A stretch of 34,962 bases of DNA, from contig JBAQPT010000124.1 in the NCBI GenBank assembly GCA_049306055.1, positions 1-34,962 on the forward strand, written 5' to 3'. Shown here one piece after another: positions 23,477 through 32,366 of the stretch. Source of the stretch: Minisyncoccia bacterium (GTDB taxonomy: Bacteria; Patescibacteriota; Minisyncoccia; Phycocordibacterales; UBA2100). A model generated the notes under the pieces. The model was not told the origin of the DNA, made no database searches, and was given only the letters and a program-made list of their open reading frames with translations. The position numbers and the translations under genes are program-made. How positions within the stretch are numbered: the first letter of the stretch is position 1; each line of letters begins with the position of its first letter.

Positions 23477-26080
23477 TTATTTCTTTCTTTTGAGCACTCG
23501 CTTCAAATAGCGGCCCGTGTGCGAATTTTTATTGGCAGCGACATTTTCCGGCGTGCCGTGCGCGACGATTTTGCCGCCGCCAATGCCGCCTTCCGGTCCC
23601 ATGTCGATGATATGATCGGCACATTTAAGGACATCGAGATTGTGTTCGATGACGACGACTGAATTCCCGCGATCGACGAGCCGTTGCAAGATTTCAATCA
23701 ATTTCGCAACGTCGTCGTAGTGAAGGCCGACGGTGGGCTCATCGAGAAGATAGATCGTTTTATTTTGCAGTGGTCGGTACAATTCTGATGCGATTTTCAC
23801 ACGCTGCGCTTCCCCGCCCGAGAGCGTTGTTGCACTTTGCCCGAGACGAAGATAGCCGAGGCCGACATCGTCGAGTGTTTTCAATCGATCTGAAACCGCT
23901 GGGATGTCCTCGAAAAATGCGAGTGCTTCTTCAATCGTCATTTCGAGAATGTCGTGAATACTTTTCTTTTTGTATTTCACTTCGAGTGTCTCTTTCATAA
24001 AACGCTTGCTGTTGCAGACATCACACGTGACGTAGACCGTCGGCAAGAAGTGCATTTCCACCGCGACCATCCCATTGCCTTCGCACGCTTCGCAGCGGCC
24101 GCCTTTGCGATTGAAAGAAAAACGACTTGGCCCCCAACCGCGTGAGCGCGCCTCTTCGGTCATCGCAAACATGTCACGAATATGCGTCCACGCGCCGGTG
24201 TAGGTCGCCGGGTTTGAGCGCGGTGTACGACCAATTGGCGATTGATCGATGAGAATTGAACGCGAAAGATACTCGGTGCCGGTAAATTCGCCGACGTTGT
24301 AGATTTTTGCAGTGCGATAGCGGCGATCGAATCGTGCTTGCAAGTTGCGATGCAAAATCTCATAGAGGAAGGTGGATTTTCCTGAGCCCGAAACGCCAGT
24401 GACGCAGACCAATTTTCCGAGCGGTACGTCGGCATTTACGTTTTGGAGACTAAATTTATTGGCGCCGCGAATTTTGATCTTTCCTTTATCTTGCGTGCGG
24501 CGTTCGGCAGGCAATTCAACTTGTACTTCTTCGCGTAGATACGCGAGCGTGCGCGAACCGCTTTTGTTTGTCTTTGCCGTGAGCAAATCTTCAAGCCAAT
24601 CCGCAACGACGATGTTGCCGCCGTGCGTTCCTGCGCCGGGGCCAATATCGACGATATAATCCGCCGCGAAAATTGTGTCTTCGTCGTGTTCAACGACAAT
24701 GACGGTGTTGCCGAGTTCACGCAAATGCTTGAGCGTTGTGATCAGGCGGTCGTTGTCGCGCTGGTGGAGGCCGATTGTCGGTTCATCGAGGACGTAGAGC
24801 GCCCCGACAAGACCGGAGCCCAGTTGCGAAGCAAGACGAATACGCTGTGCTTCACCGCCCGAGAGTGTATTTGCTTTACGATCGAGCGTCAGGTATTCGA
24901 TACCAACATCGAGCATGAATTTAAGGCGATTTTGAATTTCCTTAATCACCGCTTTTGAAATCTCTTTTTCTTTTTCAGAAAGTTTCAACGCGGAGAAAAA
25001 TTCTGCCGCTTTTTCGATGGACATTGAGGAAATCTGCACGATGTTTACTTTTTTCTCCGCGTTTCCTTCTGCGTAGAGAGCGACGTTCAATGCTTCACTG
25101 CGAAGACGCGCACCAGCACAGGTTTCGCATGGCTCGTCGCCCCAAATGTACTTCGTGCCGAGGCCATTGCAGGTCGGGCACGCGCCATACGGCGAGTTGA
25201 ATGAGAAAAGACGTGGCTCGACTTCGGGAAATGAGAAACCGTCGTAGGCACACATGAATTTTGCGGACATGACGTGGCCTTCGCCATTCGGATCGGTGAT
25301 TTTTACCAGACCGTCGGCTTCGTGGAGCGCACGCTCGATTGCTTCGGCGGCGCGTTCACGTGTTCCCTTTGGATCATCAGAAAATTCTGAAAGGAAAATA
25401 TCATCGACAACGATATCAATGTCATGTTTGAAATGCTTTTTGAGTTCGATGCGGGAGCGCAGCGATTTTTCCTCGCCGTCCACAATCGCTTTTTCAAAAC
25501 CCTTGTTGAGCATGTCGTAAAGCAACTGGTAGTACTCACCTTTGCGACCAACAACTACGGGCGCGGAAATGCGGATTTTTGCTTTGGAAACTCCCGCGGT
25601 AAGCTTGACTCCTGATTTCTTGGCTAATTTGCTCGTTTTTTCGACTGCGCGCAAAACAGTCTCGAGAATTTCCTCGTTAGAAAGTTTCTTCACTTCCCTA
25701 CCGCAAATAGGACAATGTGGGTGGCCGATGCGGCTGTAGAGCACGCGCAAGTAATCGTAAATCTCGGTGATTGTTGCGACGGTCGAACGCGGATTGTTCG
25801 AGCGGCTTTTTTGGTCAATAGAAATTGCGGGAGAAAGCCCAGAAATCTCGTCAACATCCGGCTTCTGCATTTGGCGGAGGAATTGACGTGCATACGCAGA
25901 AAGTGATTCGACGTATTTTCGTTGGCCTTCCGCGAAAATCGTATCGAATGCCAAAGACGACTTTCCGCTGCCGGAGAGCCCCGTAAACACGATCATTTTA
26001 TTGCGCGGCAATTCAACGCTCACATTTTTGAGGTTGTGTGTCCGAGCACCTTTCACGATGATTTTTCCTTTATCTTCCAT
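23477..26080 (-). CDS. uvrA: excinuclease ABC subunit A
   Basis: Two ABC ATPase modules (GLSGSGKSS, GVSGSGKST, LSGGEAQR twice) and zinc fingers (CPICG, CPTCNGLG, CEACEGNG, CDVC). Start is the ATG at 26080, or the GTG at 26086. Confidence 0.93.
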   Translation of the reverse strand: MEDKGKIIVKGARTHNLKNVSVELPRNKMIVFTGLSGSGKSSLAFDTIFAEGQRKYVESLSAYARQFLRQMQKPDVDEISGLSPAISIDQKSRSNNPRSTVATITEIYDYLRVLYSRIGHPHCPICGREVKKLSNEEILETVLRAVEKTSKLAKKSGVKLTAGVSKAKIRISAPVVVGRKGEYYQLLYDMLNKGFEKAIVDGEEKSLRSRIELKKHFKHDIDIVVDDIFLSEFSDDPKGTRERAAEAIERALHEADGLVKITDPNGEGHVMSAKFMCAYDGFSFPEVEPRLFSFNSPYGACPTCNGLGTKYIWGDEPCETCAGARLRSEALNVALYAEGNAEKKVNIVQISSMSIEKAAEFFSALKLSEKEKEISKAVIKEIQNRLKFMLDVGIEYLTLDRKANTLSGGEAQRIRLASQLGSGLVGALYVLDEPTIGLHQRDNDRLITTLKHLRELGNTVIVVEHDEDTIFAADYIVDIGPGAGTHGGNIVVADWLEDLLTAKTNKSGSRTLAYLREEVQVELPAERRTQDKGKIKIRGANKFSLQNVNADVPLGKLVCVTGVSGSGKSTFLYEILHRNLQARFDRRYRTAKIYNVGEFTGTEYLSRSILIDQSPIGRTPRSNPATYTGAWTHIRDMFAMTEEARSRGWGPSRFSFNRKGGRCEACEGNGMVAVEMHFLPTVYVTCDVCNSKRFMKETLEVKYKKKSIHDILEMTIEEALAFFEDIPAVSDRLKTLDDVGLGYLRLGQSATTLSGGEAQRVKIASELYRPLQNKTIYLLDEPTVGLHYDDVAKLIEILQRLVDRGNSVVVIEHNLDVLKCADHIIDMGPEGGIGGGKIVAHGTPENVAANKNSHTGRYLKRVLKRKK

Positions 26081-26128
26081 ATGCACGCAATTCGACCCCC
26101 TCATTGGAGATAGGGGGTAACACGGAGC

Positions 26129-26156
26129 ATTATACCATTTACTCGCACAAAGTTAA
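26129..26156 (-). promoter_or_regulatory. candidate uvrA promoter
   Basis: On the minus strand: TTAACT-N16-(TGg)TATAAT. The roughly 45-nt leader contains the hairpin CCCCCT-N9-AGGGGG. Confidence 0.5.
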
Positions 26157-26176
26157 GGACCGCCGTAGCGGTCCTT
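26155..26176 (-). terminator. hairpin after the 123-aa ORF
   Basis: AAGGACCGC-cgta-GCGGTCCTT (9 bp). The T-tract is better on the plus strand, so the direction is uncertain. Confidence 0.4.
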
Positions 26177-26202
26177 GTTTGTTGTTTCGAACGAGACGCA
26201 AA

Positions 26203-26574
26203 TCAGTACTGATGTCGCTTGACCTGCCACCCCCTTGAATTTGCCATGGAGAAGCGCAACGATCGCTGCAGAATCATGAACGTTCCACGCCCATGAAATT
26301 CCACCAAACAGTTGCCCTTGTTGTTGGCTTTCCACTCCTTCAATTGCGCAGCCTTCCAGTTCTCGTGTGCGGGCACAATACCGACGAGGCCGTCATAGAG
26401 ACCCCTTGGCAACTCGTAGATCGACCCCGGCGTGATGGTTGCGTGCATACCAAACGGCGGTTCGAGCATTTCTTCGCTCGGCGAAATCCACTCACTATTC
26501 CGCGCTCTGCGCGGACTCTGCATTGGCAAGAATGGTTTGCGCCCGAGGGAATTTCCCCATGATGATCCAAGCAT
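26203..26574 (-). CDS. hypothetical protein (123 aa)
   Basis: TATAGT promoter-like box, then GGAGA-N8-ATG. The 3' end is uncertain because an overlapping -1 frame stays open to 26153. Confidence 0.45.
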   Translation of the reverse strand: MLGSSWGNSLGRKPFLPMQSPRRARNSEWISPSEEMLEPPFGMHATITPGSIYELPRGLYDGLVGIVPAHENWKAAQLKEWKANNKGNCLVEFHGRGTFMILQRSLRFSMANSRGWQVKRHQY

Positions 26575-26629
26575 TTGCTGGTTCTCCAGTCGGTTTGAGC
26601 TGCACTCGCGCCACTATACGAGAATTAAG

Positions 26630-27538
26630 CTAAAGTACAACCGCCTCTTCAGTTAAAACAACATCAAATTGCTCTTTCACTTCGTCTTTTACTTTCTGCG
26701 CGAGTTCGCGGACTTCTTCGGCTGTAGCTGAGCCAGATGCATTGATGATGTAGTTTGCTTGCTGCGGCGAGACTTGCGCCCCGCCAAGCGTTGCGCCTTT
26801 CATGCCCGTCTTTTCGATGAGCCAGCCGGCAGGAACGCGGCCGCCGCGCGAGGTGGTTTGTTTTTCCTGTTCGAACAATGAGATGATTTTCTGCGGCGCG
26901 ACGGGATTCATAAAGTACGAACCGGCGGCTTTGACGTTTTGAATGTGCCGCTTTTCGCGTTCGCGAATTGTTTCGTCGATAAGCGCCGCTTCTGACTTCC
27001 CTAGTTGCACATGCACATCAAGAATGACCCATTCTGGATTCTTCTTGAAGTAGCTCATGCGGTAGTCGAATTGGCATTCTGCGTTTGAAAATTCATGCAC
27101 GTCTTCGGTCCTCGTGTTGATGGCCCGTACCCACGTCACGAAATCTTTTATTTCCGGGCCGAAAGCGCCGGCGTTGCCGCGCACGGCGCCGCCGATCGTG
27201 CCGGGGATGCCGGAAAGCTTCTCCCATCCGCCGAGACCCTGCGCTGAGGCGGCGCGAATAAGATCGAGTAAAACGCAACCGGCCTGCGCTTCAAGGCCGT
27301 TATCAGTTACAGAAAATTTCTCTCCTGCAACACGAATGACGAGACCATCGCGTCCCGAGTCAGGAATCAAAAGATTGCTTCCGCCTGCGATAACACAAAA
27401 CGGCACCCCTTTTTCGCGCGCCCATCCCAAGGCATCCCGCACGCCCGCTTCGTCAGAGACCTCAACAAAATACCGTGCCGGGCCACCGATCTGGAAGGTG
27501 GTGTAGGGGGCCAGCGGCACGTTTTCGCGGATTTCCAT
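26630..27538 (-). CDS. murB: UDP-N-acetylenolpyruvoylglucosamine reductase MurB
   Basis: APYTTFQIGGPARYF, GGGSNLL, GIPGTIGGAVRGNAGAFG and GGAQVS. TGcTATCCT-N6-ATG at 27538. Confidence 0.9.
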   Translation of the reverse strand: MEIRENVPLAPYTTFQIGGPARYFVEVSDEAGVRDALGWAREKGVPFCVIAGGSNLLIPDSGRDGLVIRVAGEKFSVTDNGLEAQAGCVLLDLIRAASAQGLGGWEKLSGIPGTIGGAVRGNAGAFGPEIKDFVTWVRAINTRTEDVHEFSNAECQFDYRMSYFKKNPEWVILDVHVQLGKSEAALIDETIREREKRHIQNVKAAGSYFMNPVAPQKIISLFEQEKQTTSRGGRVPAGWLIEKTGMKGATLGGAQVSPQQANYIINASGSATAEEVRELAQKVKDEVKEQFDVVLTEEAVVL

Positions 27539-27603
27539 GCGATGAGGATAGCATTTATCGTGTAAAAAGGGAGCCGGCGCACAGTGATGTACGCCGAACA
27601 ATC

Positions 27604-27891
27604 TTACGCACCTGCCTCCTCTACCAGTAACTGTAACGTCGCATAATCGTCGTACCGCAAGAGGCAGATGCCCCTATGAGCTTCGCCGTCCGGCCGTCTA
27701 ATCTGCATTGCGAACGTCCTGCGATCATCAGCCGCTTGAAAAACGAACTGCCAGCCTTTTTTCAGCGTGATTGCAGTAATCCCGCCGCGTGTCGTTACTT
27801 TCGGCTCGACCCCTTGGTTGTTTGCCAATAGTTGTATATAAAGTTCATCGAGGTCTTCAAGTATCGCAGCGCTTGTCAACATCGCTATCAT
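27604..27891 (-). CDS. hypothetical small protein (95 aa)
   Basis: GGAGGA-N4-ATG, and the stop lies 65 nt before the murB ATG at 27538. Confidence 0.5.
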   Translation of the reverse strand: MIAMLTSAAILEDLDELYIQLLANNQGVEPKVTTRGGITAITLKKGWQFVFQAADDRRTFAMQIRRPDGEAHRGICLLRYDDYATLQLLVEEAGA

Positions 27892-27903
27892 CGTCTCCTC
27901 CTA

Positions 27904-27930
27904 CAAAAGCGCCGCGAGGGTTCCGCAGCG
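27904..27930 (-). terminator. intrinsic terminator after uvrB
   Basis: On the minus strand: CGCTGCG-N7-CGCGGCG (with one G-U), followed by CTTTTGTAGG. Confidence 0.55.
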
Positions 27931-27965
27931 AACTACACTCAGTAGATACCCCTTTTCGCGGTACG

Positions 27966-29975
27966 TCAACTCTTCTCTTGGAGCTTACGAATTTCGTCGC
28001 GTAGCAACGCCGCGGTCTCGAAATCGAGATGATCGGCCGCTTGATGCATCTCCTCGCGTTTTTGTTTGATGAGTTTTTCGACATTGCCTCCGGCTGCTGC
28101 CATGTCGGTTGCCGCAAGATCCGTGACTGCGCGCTCGCGGGCACGTTGAATGTCGCCGATGATGTCGTGAATCTTCTTGAGAATTGTTTTCGGCGTGATG
28201 TTGTGTTTTTTGTTGTATGCGATTTGGCGTTCTCTGCGGCGATTTGTTTCGCCTATTGCTCGATCCATGGAGCCGGTCATATTGTCAGCATAGAGAATGA
28301 CGCGGCCGAGGACGTTGCGCGCGGCGCGTCCGATCGTTTGGATGAGTGATGTTTCGCTTCGCAGGAATCCTTCTTTGTCCGCGTCGAGAATACCGACAAG
28401 TTCGACCTCTGGAAGGTCGAGTCCTTCGCGCAGAAGGTTGACGCCGACAAGGACATCGAAAATTCCTTTGCGGAAATCGGTGAGCGTTTCGATGCGCTCG
28501 ATCGTTTTCACATCGGAGTGAATGTATTTCGCCTTGATGCCTTTGTCGATAAGAAAGTTGGTGAGATCTTCTGCCATCTTTTTGGTGAGCACGGTCACCA
28601 TGGAGCGACCGCCGCGTTTCGTCGTATCTTCGGCTTCCGCAATAAAGTCTTTCACTTGCCCAACAAAATCTCCGCGCGCAATGACCGGACGCACCGTGAT
28701 TTCGGGATCGATAAGCCCCGTCGGGCGAATGATCATTTCGACCGGCTTGCCGCTCTTTTCGAGTTCGTATTTGCCCGGTGTCGCAGATGTATAGAGAGTT
28801 TGATCTGTTTCTTTCAGGAATTCGTCGAATTTGAGCGGACGATTGTCGACGGCGCTCGGGAGTCGGAAACCGTGCTCGATCAGTGTAAGTTTGCGCGCTC
28901 TATCCCCTGCATACATCGCGCCAATCTGCGGCACCGTAACGTGACTTTCGTCGATGATGGTGAGGAAATCGGGCGTGCCGTTTTTTTTATGCGGGAAATA
29001 ATTGAGAAGCGTGTACGACGGTTCGCCCGGCTGACGGCGATCGAAATGGCGTGAATAGTTTTCAATGCCGCTACAAAATCCGAATTCACGAATCATCGCG
29101 AGGTCTTGGCGCGTTCGGCGCTTCAAGCGCTCAGCCTCAAGAATTTTTCCGCGTTCGTCAAAATCTTTCAACTGCGCTTTCAGTTCGGCTTCAATGTCTT
29201 TCAGCGCGGCATCAACGACATCTTTCGGCGTCACATATTGCTTGGCTGGAAACATGAACACTTCGCTCATTTTTTTGTTGATCACGCGTGTGATGTGATC
29301 CATTTCTTCGATCTTGGCAACTTTGCCACCCGTGAGATCGATGCGGTACACGACGCGCTCACCGGCGGGCATGACTTCAACCGCAGAGCCGAGCGCGCGA
29401 AACGAGCCAGGCGAAAGGTCGCCCGTTGTGCGCTCGAAGTACATCGAGATGAGCTTGCGGGTGAAGGTCGCACGTGTGAGCGGCATCCCCTTTTCGAGTT
29501 TGAAAATGTACTTTTCGTATTCGCGCGGATTGCCGAGGCCATAAATGCACGAAACCGACGCAACAATGATGACGTCCTTGCGCGTAAGAAGCGCTTGTGT
29601 CGCGGCGTGACGCAGGCGTTCGATGTCTTCGTTGATCATCGCCTCTTTTTCGATGTAGGTGTCGGTGACCGGAACGTAGGCTTCCGGCTGATAGAAGTCA
29701 TAGTAGGAAACGAAATAATGCACCGCGGCATCAGGAAAGAATTCACGATACTCTGCCGCCAACTGGGCCGCGAGCGTTTTATTGTGCGCGATGACGAGCG
29801 TGGCCTTGCCCGTCTTTTCGATCAGATTCGCCATCGTGTAGGTTTTTCCGGAGCCGGTAACGCCGAGGAGCGTCTGGTCGCGCTCGCCAGCTTTGAGGCC
29901 TTTTATGAGCGCGTCGATAGCGACAGGTTGATCCCCGGCTGGTTTGTAGTCTGATTTAAGCTTGAAAACTGACAT
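27966..29975 (-). CDS. uvrB: excinuclease ABC subunit B
   Basis: YKPAGDQPVAI, GVTGSGKT, DESH, a helicase C domain and a C-terminal UVR motif (FETAALLRDEI). Confidence 0.93.
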   Translation of the reverse strand: MSVFKLKSDYKPAGDQPVAIDALIKGLKAGERDQTLLGVTGSGKTYTMANLIEKTGKATLVIAHNKTLAAQLAAEYREFFPDAAVHYFVSYYDFYQPEAYVPVTDTYIEKEAMINEDIERLRHAATQALLTRKDVIIVASVSCIYGLGNPREYEKYIFKLEKGMPLTRATFTRKLISMYFERTTGDLSPGSFRALGSAVEVMPAGERVVYRIDLTGGKVAKIEEMDHITRVINKKMSEVFMFPAKQYVTPKDVVDAALKDIEAELKAQLKDFDERGKILEAERLKRRTRQDLAMIREFGFCSGIENYSRHFDRRQPGEPSYTLLNYFPHKKNGTPDFLTIIDESHVTVPQIGAMYAGDRARKLTLIEHGFRLPSAVDNRPLKFDEFLKETDQTLYTSATPGKYELEKSGKPVEMIIRPTGLIDPEITVRPVIARGDFVGQVKDFIAEAEDTTKRGGRSMVTVLTKKMAEDLTNFLIDKGIKAKYIHSDVKTIERIETLTDFRKGIFDVLVGVNLLREGLDLPEVELVGILDADKEGFLRSETSLIQTIGRAARNVLGRVILYADNMTGSMDRAIGETNRRRERQIAYNKKHNITPKTILKKIHDIIGDIQRARERAVTDLAATDMAAAGGNVEKLIKQKREEMHQAADHLDFETAALLRDEIRKLQEKS

Positions 29976-30049
29976 AGCAATCCCCCATACTAGCGAATTC
30001 GAATGAAGACTGCTAGGGTATTGGCGGGCTAGCAACACATGAGGGAATC

Positions 30050-30241
30050 ATGCTGCAAGCATTGCTGAGAAAATCGTGCTCGTGCAAACGAGAGCCGTCA
30101 ATTGGCATGCTCTTGCTGCTTTTGCAGGGAGAAATGAAATATCCCGATCACGATACCAAGGACGACACTAAGAAGTGGCAACAACGAATAGACGCCCTCG
30201 AGGGGCGCATTGCATTTCTGAAGACTAAGAAAAAGAAATGA
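30050..30241 (+). CDS. hypothetical small basic protein (63 aa)
   Basis: GAGGGA precedes the ATG and a terminator lies downstream. Composition is only moderately protein-like. Confidence 0.35.
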   Translation: MLQALLRKSCSCKREPSIGMLLLLLQGEMKYPDHDTKDDTKKWQQRIDALEGRIAFLKTKKKK

Positions 30242-30267
30242 GTGAGTGAGTGATACTTTACGCGTCT

Positions 30268-30296
30268 GGCGGCTACTACAAGCCGCCTTTTGTTTT
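30268..30296 (+). terminator. intrinsic terminator
   Basis: GGCGGCT-actaca-AGCCGCC followed by TTTTGTTTT. Confidence 0.65.
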
Positions 30297-30389
30297 GTAG
30301 CTTTCGCTACGGCGGAAGTCCTGAAAAGTCGTAGGTGTACCGCATCCCCCCCCCTTGTACTCCTCGGAGGTGAAAGTGGTGTGAAAGGA

Positions 30390-31673
30390 TTATTCGAGAG
30401 AAAGAACGCGGACGTTGCGCTTGCCGCGTTTCAAAAGTGCGAGGCCGTTTTTAAAATCGTCTTCTGAAAGCACTGCTTCGGCGGAAATCGTCTCCCCATT
30501 CAAGGTGACGGCATTGTTTGCGAGAAATTCGCGTGCTTCGCGTTTTGAACTGGCGAGGCCGGAAGAAACGAGGATGTCGGCGATTGGCGTTGCGAGCTTA
30601 ACGTCGCTTCCGGGCGCTTCCTTTTTGAGCATTGCAATCGAATCGCTTTCGAGATCGGTTAGCGTTGAATCGCCGAAGAGAAGTTCGGAGATGCGCGCGG
30701 CAGATTCCGCCGCTTGTTCGCCATGGACGAGCGTCGTTACGGCATGTGCAAGGGCGCGCTGCGCTTCTCGCGCGCTGGGATTTTTCAAATGCGAAACCAT
30801 GATCGTCTCAATCTCCTCTTTTGGCATGAGCGTCATCTTTAAAAGATATTCTTCGACTGAATCATCTTCAGCATTCAGCCAAAACTGGTAGAACTGATAG
30901 ACACTTGTTTTTGTTTCGTCGAGCCATACCGTCGCACCGCCCTCGCTCTTTCCAAATTTCTTTCCGGTAGCCTTGTCGACGAGAAGCGGCCAGGAAAGCG
31001 CGAAAGCCTCTCCGCCGGTTGTGCGGCGAATAAGTTAGACGCCGGAGAGAATATTCCCCCACTGGTCCGAACCGCCAACTTGGAGGTCGCATCCGTATTC
31101 TTTGTGAAGCTGCAAAAAGTCGTATGCCTGCAACAACATGTAGGAAAATTCGGTGTACGAAATGCTTTGATCGGGTGTTTCGAGCCGTGGGCGGACACTA
31201 TCGCGCTTCACCATTTCGTTTACCGTAAAGTGCTTACCGATATCGCGCAGAAATTCCATGAGATTGAGTTCGCGAAGCCAATCGGCGTTGTTCACCATTT
31301 CAAAATCAACGCCCGCCTCGCCTTGACCGGCGAGTCGAGGCGGGCCACCGAGAAGTTGCGTGAATTGTTTTTTGAGCGCTTTTGAATTTTCATCAACGGT
31401 TTCGTCGGAAAGAAGGTTGCGTTCTGCGCTTTTGCCGCCCGGGTCGCCGATCATTCCTGTTCCGCCGCCGACAATGATGATGAGTTTGTGGCCATCATCA
31501 ACAAATCGGCGCAGCACGAGAATGCCTTGCAGTTGCCCGACGTGCATAGAGTTTGCGGTCGGATCGACGCCAAGATAGAGCGTTCGCTTTTCGCCGTCAG
31601 TTATTTCTTCAAGTTTTTCCGACGAGTGCTGATACACGTAGCCGCGTTCGCGCAGAATTTCGGACAGCTTCAT
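30390..31673 (-). pseudogene. tyrS: tyrosine--tRNA ligase interrupted by one in-frame TAA (31035-31037); otherwise full length (427 codons)
   Basis: N-terminal part: HIGH-like [19 protein letters not shown] and [17 protein letters not shown]. Then TAA. The same frame continues LIRRTTGGEAFALSWPLLVDKATGKKFGKSEGG (KMSKS), then VYQFYQFW and the S4 domain to 30390. Confidence 0.88.
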
Positions 31674-31680
31674 AGGCGGA

Positions 31681-31689
31681 AATATAGCA
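31681..31689 (-). promoter_or_regulatory. extended -10 box abutting the tyrS start
   Basis: On the minus strand: TGcTATATT-N7-ATG, directly after the terminator T-tract. Confidence 0.5.
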
Positions 31690-31690
31690 C

Positions 31691-31722
31691 AAAAAAAGGC
31701 CGTGCCACGAGAGGGCACGGCC
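31691..31722 (-). terminator. orphan intrinsic terminator immediately upstream of tyrS
   Basis: On the minus strand: GGCCGTGCC-ctctcgt-GGCACGGCC (9 bp), followed by T7. Confidence 0.7.
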
Positions 31723-31815
31723 AAGGTAAGACAGCCGGGGCTACAACGCGAACCTGGAGAGACACGGAGCCACACAGATGCCGCAGAGAACTATACCGGC
31801 TATTCTGAAAATTAC

Positions 31816-31848
31816 AAAGAAAAAGGCCGCGCTCGAGGGAACACGGCC
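31816..31848 (-). terminator. intrinsic terminator after the metallopeptidase gene
   Basis: On the minus strand: GGCCGTG-N10-CGCGGCC (a G-U pair on minus only), followed by TTTTTCTTTG. Confidence 0.6.
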
Positions 31849-31913
31849 TAGTGGGAGTCGCTGTCAGGAAGGAGAGAGAAACCGCCTGACGCCCACATTG
31901 CGAAACTATATGC

Positions 31914-32333
31914 CTATTTACGAAAATCGCCAATCCCCCGCTCTTCTTCGAGTGTGCGCACGCCGTGTTCGTCAATTCCAAAATGATGCGCATACTCATG
32001 CCAAATTGTGTCCGCAATTACGTCACGCACGTCGAGCTTGTCTTCTTCGGCCGCAGCGAGAATTGGTAAGCGATACAGCGTGATAGTGTCAGGCATCACC
32101 ATTCCTCCTGCCTGCGCAGGCAGGTCGCCGTAATGCGCGCCACGTTCGGAGAGCGGGACGCCTTTATAGAGGCCAAGAAGCGTCTCGTCGTCCGAAAGTC
32201 CCTGCAATTGACGATCTTCTTCCGACGGTTCGTCTTCTATGAGGAGCGCGACGTTGCGAATCTTTTCACGTGCCCATTCGGGCAAACGTTCAAAGCCCTC
32301 AGCGGCGAGTTTTTCAAATTCACGAACATGCAT
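31914..32333 (-). CDS. zinc metallopeptidase family protein (HExxH)
   Basis: WHEYAHHFGIDEHG. The track start at 32351 is a TTG. The ATG at 32333 is preceded by TGgTATGTT-N6. Confidence 0.7.
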   Translation of the reverse strand: MHVREFEKLAAEGFERLPEWAREKIRNVALLIEDEPSEEDRQLQGLSDDETLLGLYKGVPLSERGAHYGDLPAQAGGMVMPDTITLYRLPILAAAEEDKLDVRDVIADTIWHEYAHHFGIDEHGVRTLEEERGIGDFRK

Positions 32334-32366
32334 TGGAAAAACATACCACAACTATCGGAACTCGTC

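Noticed and set aside
26153-26574. A -1 frameshift joining ORF 26203-26574 to ORF 26153-26335
   Set aside because: The -1 frame is open and looks protein-like, and it ends inside the terminator hairpin. However, there is no slippery heptamer. The zero frame has its own stop 27 nt upstream of the hairpin. With no homologue recognised, I cannot tell chance overlap from an indel. I note it only as uncertainty about the 3' end.
22763-30049. A shared LexA/SOS operator upstream of uvrA, uvrB and uvrC
   Set aside because: The three upstream regions share no common palindrome. There is no CTGT-N8-ACAG or GAAC-N4-GTTC type box. The uvrC palindrome is unique within the window.
31723-31800. A tRNA or tRNA-like gene (GCCGG...CCGGC ends, GGTTCG motif)
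   Set aside because: No cloverleaf can be drawn. There is no 7-bp acceptor stem, no T-arm pairing around GGTTCGCG, and no D-arm.
31674-31860. A canonical T-box riboswitch upstream of tyrS
   Set aside because: Only about 95-135 nt is available. There is no recognisable Stem I, K-turn or AG-bulge. The T-box-like stretch has UGGC rather than the UGGU expected for an A73 discriminator. I could find no antiterminator pairing that competes with the 5' arm of the terminator. I kept it only as a low-confidence alternative within the orphan-terminator finding.
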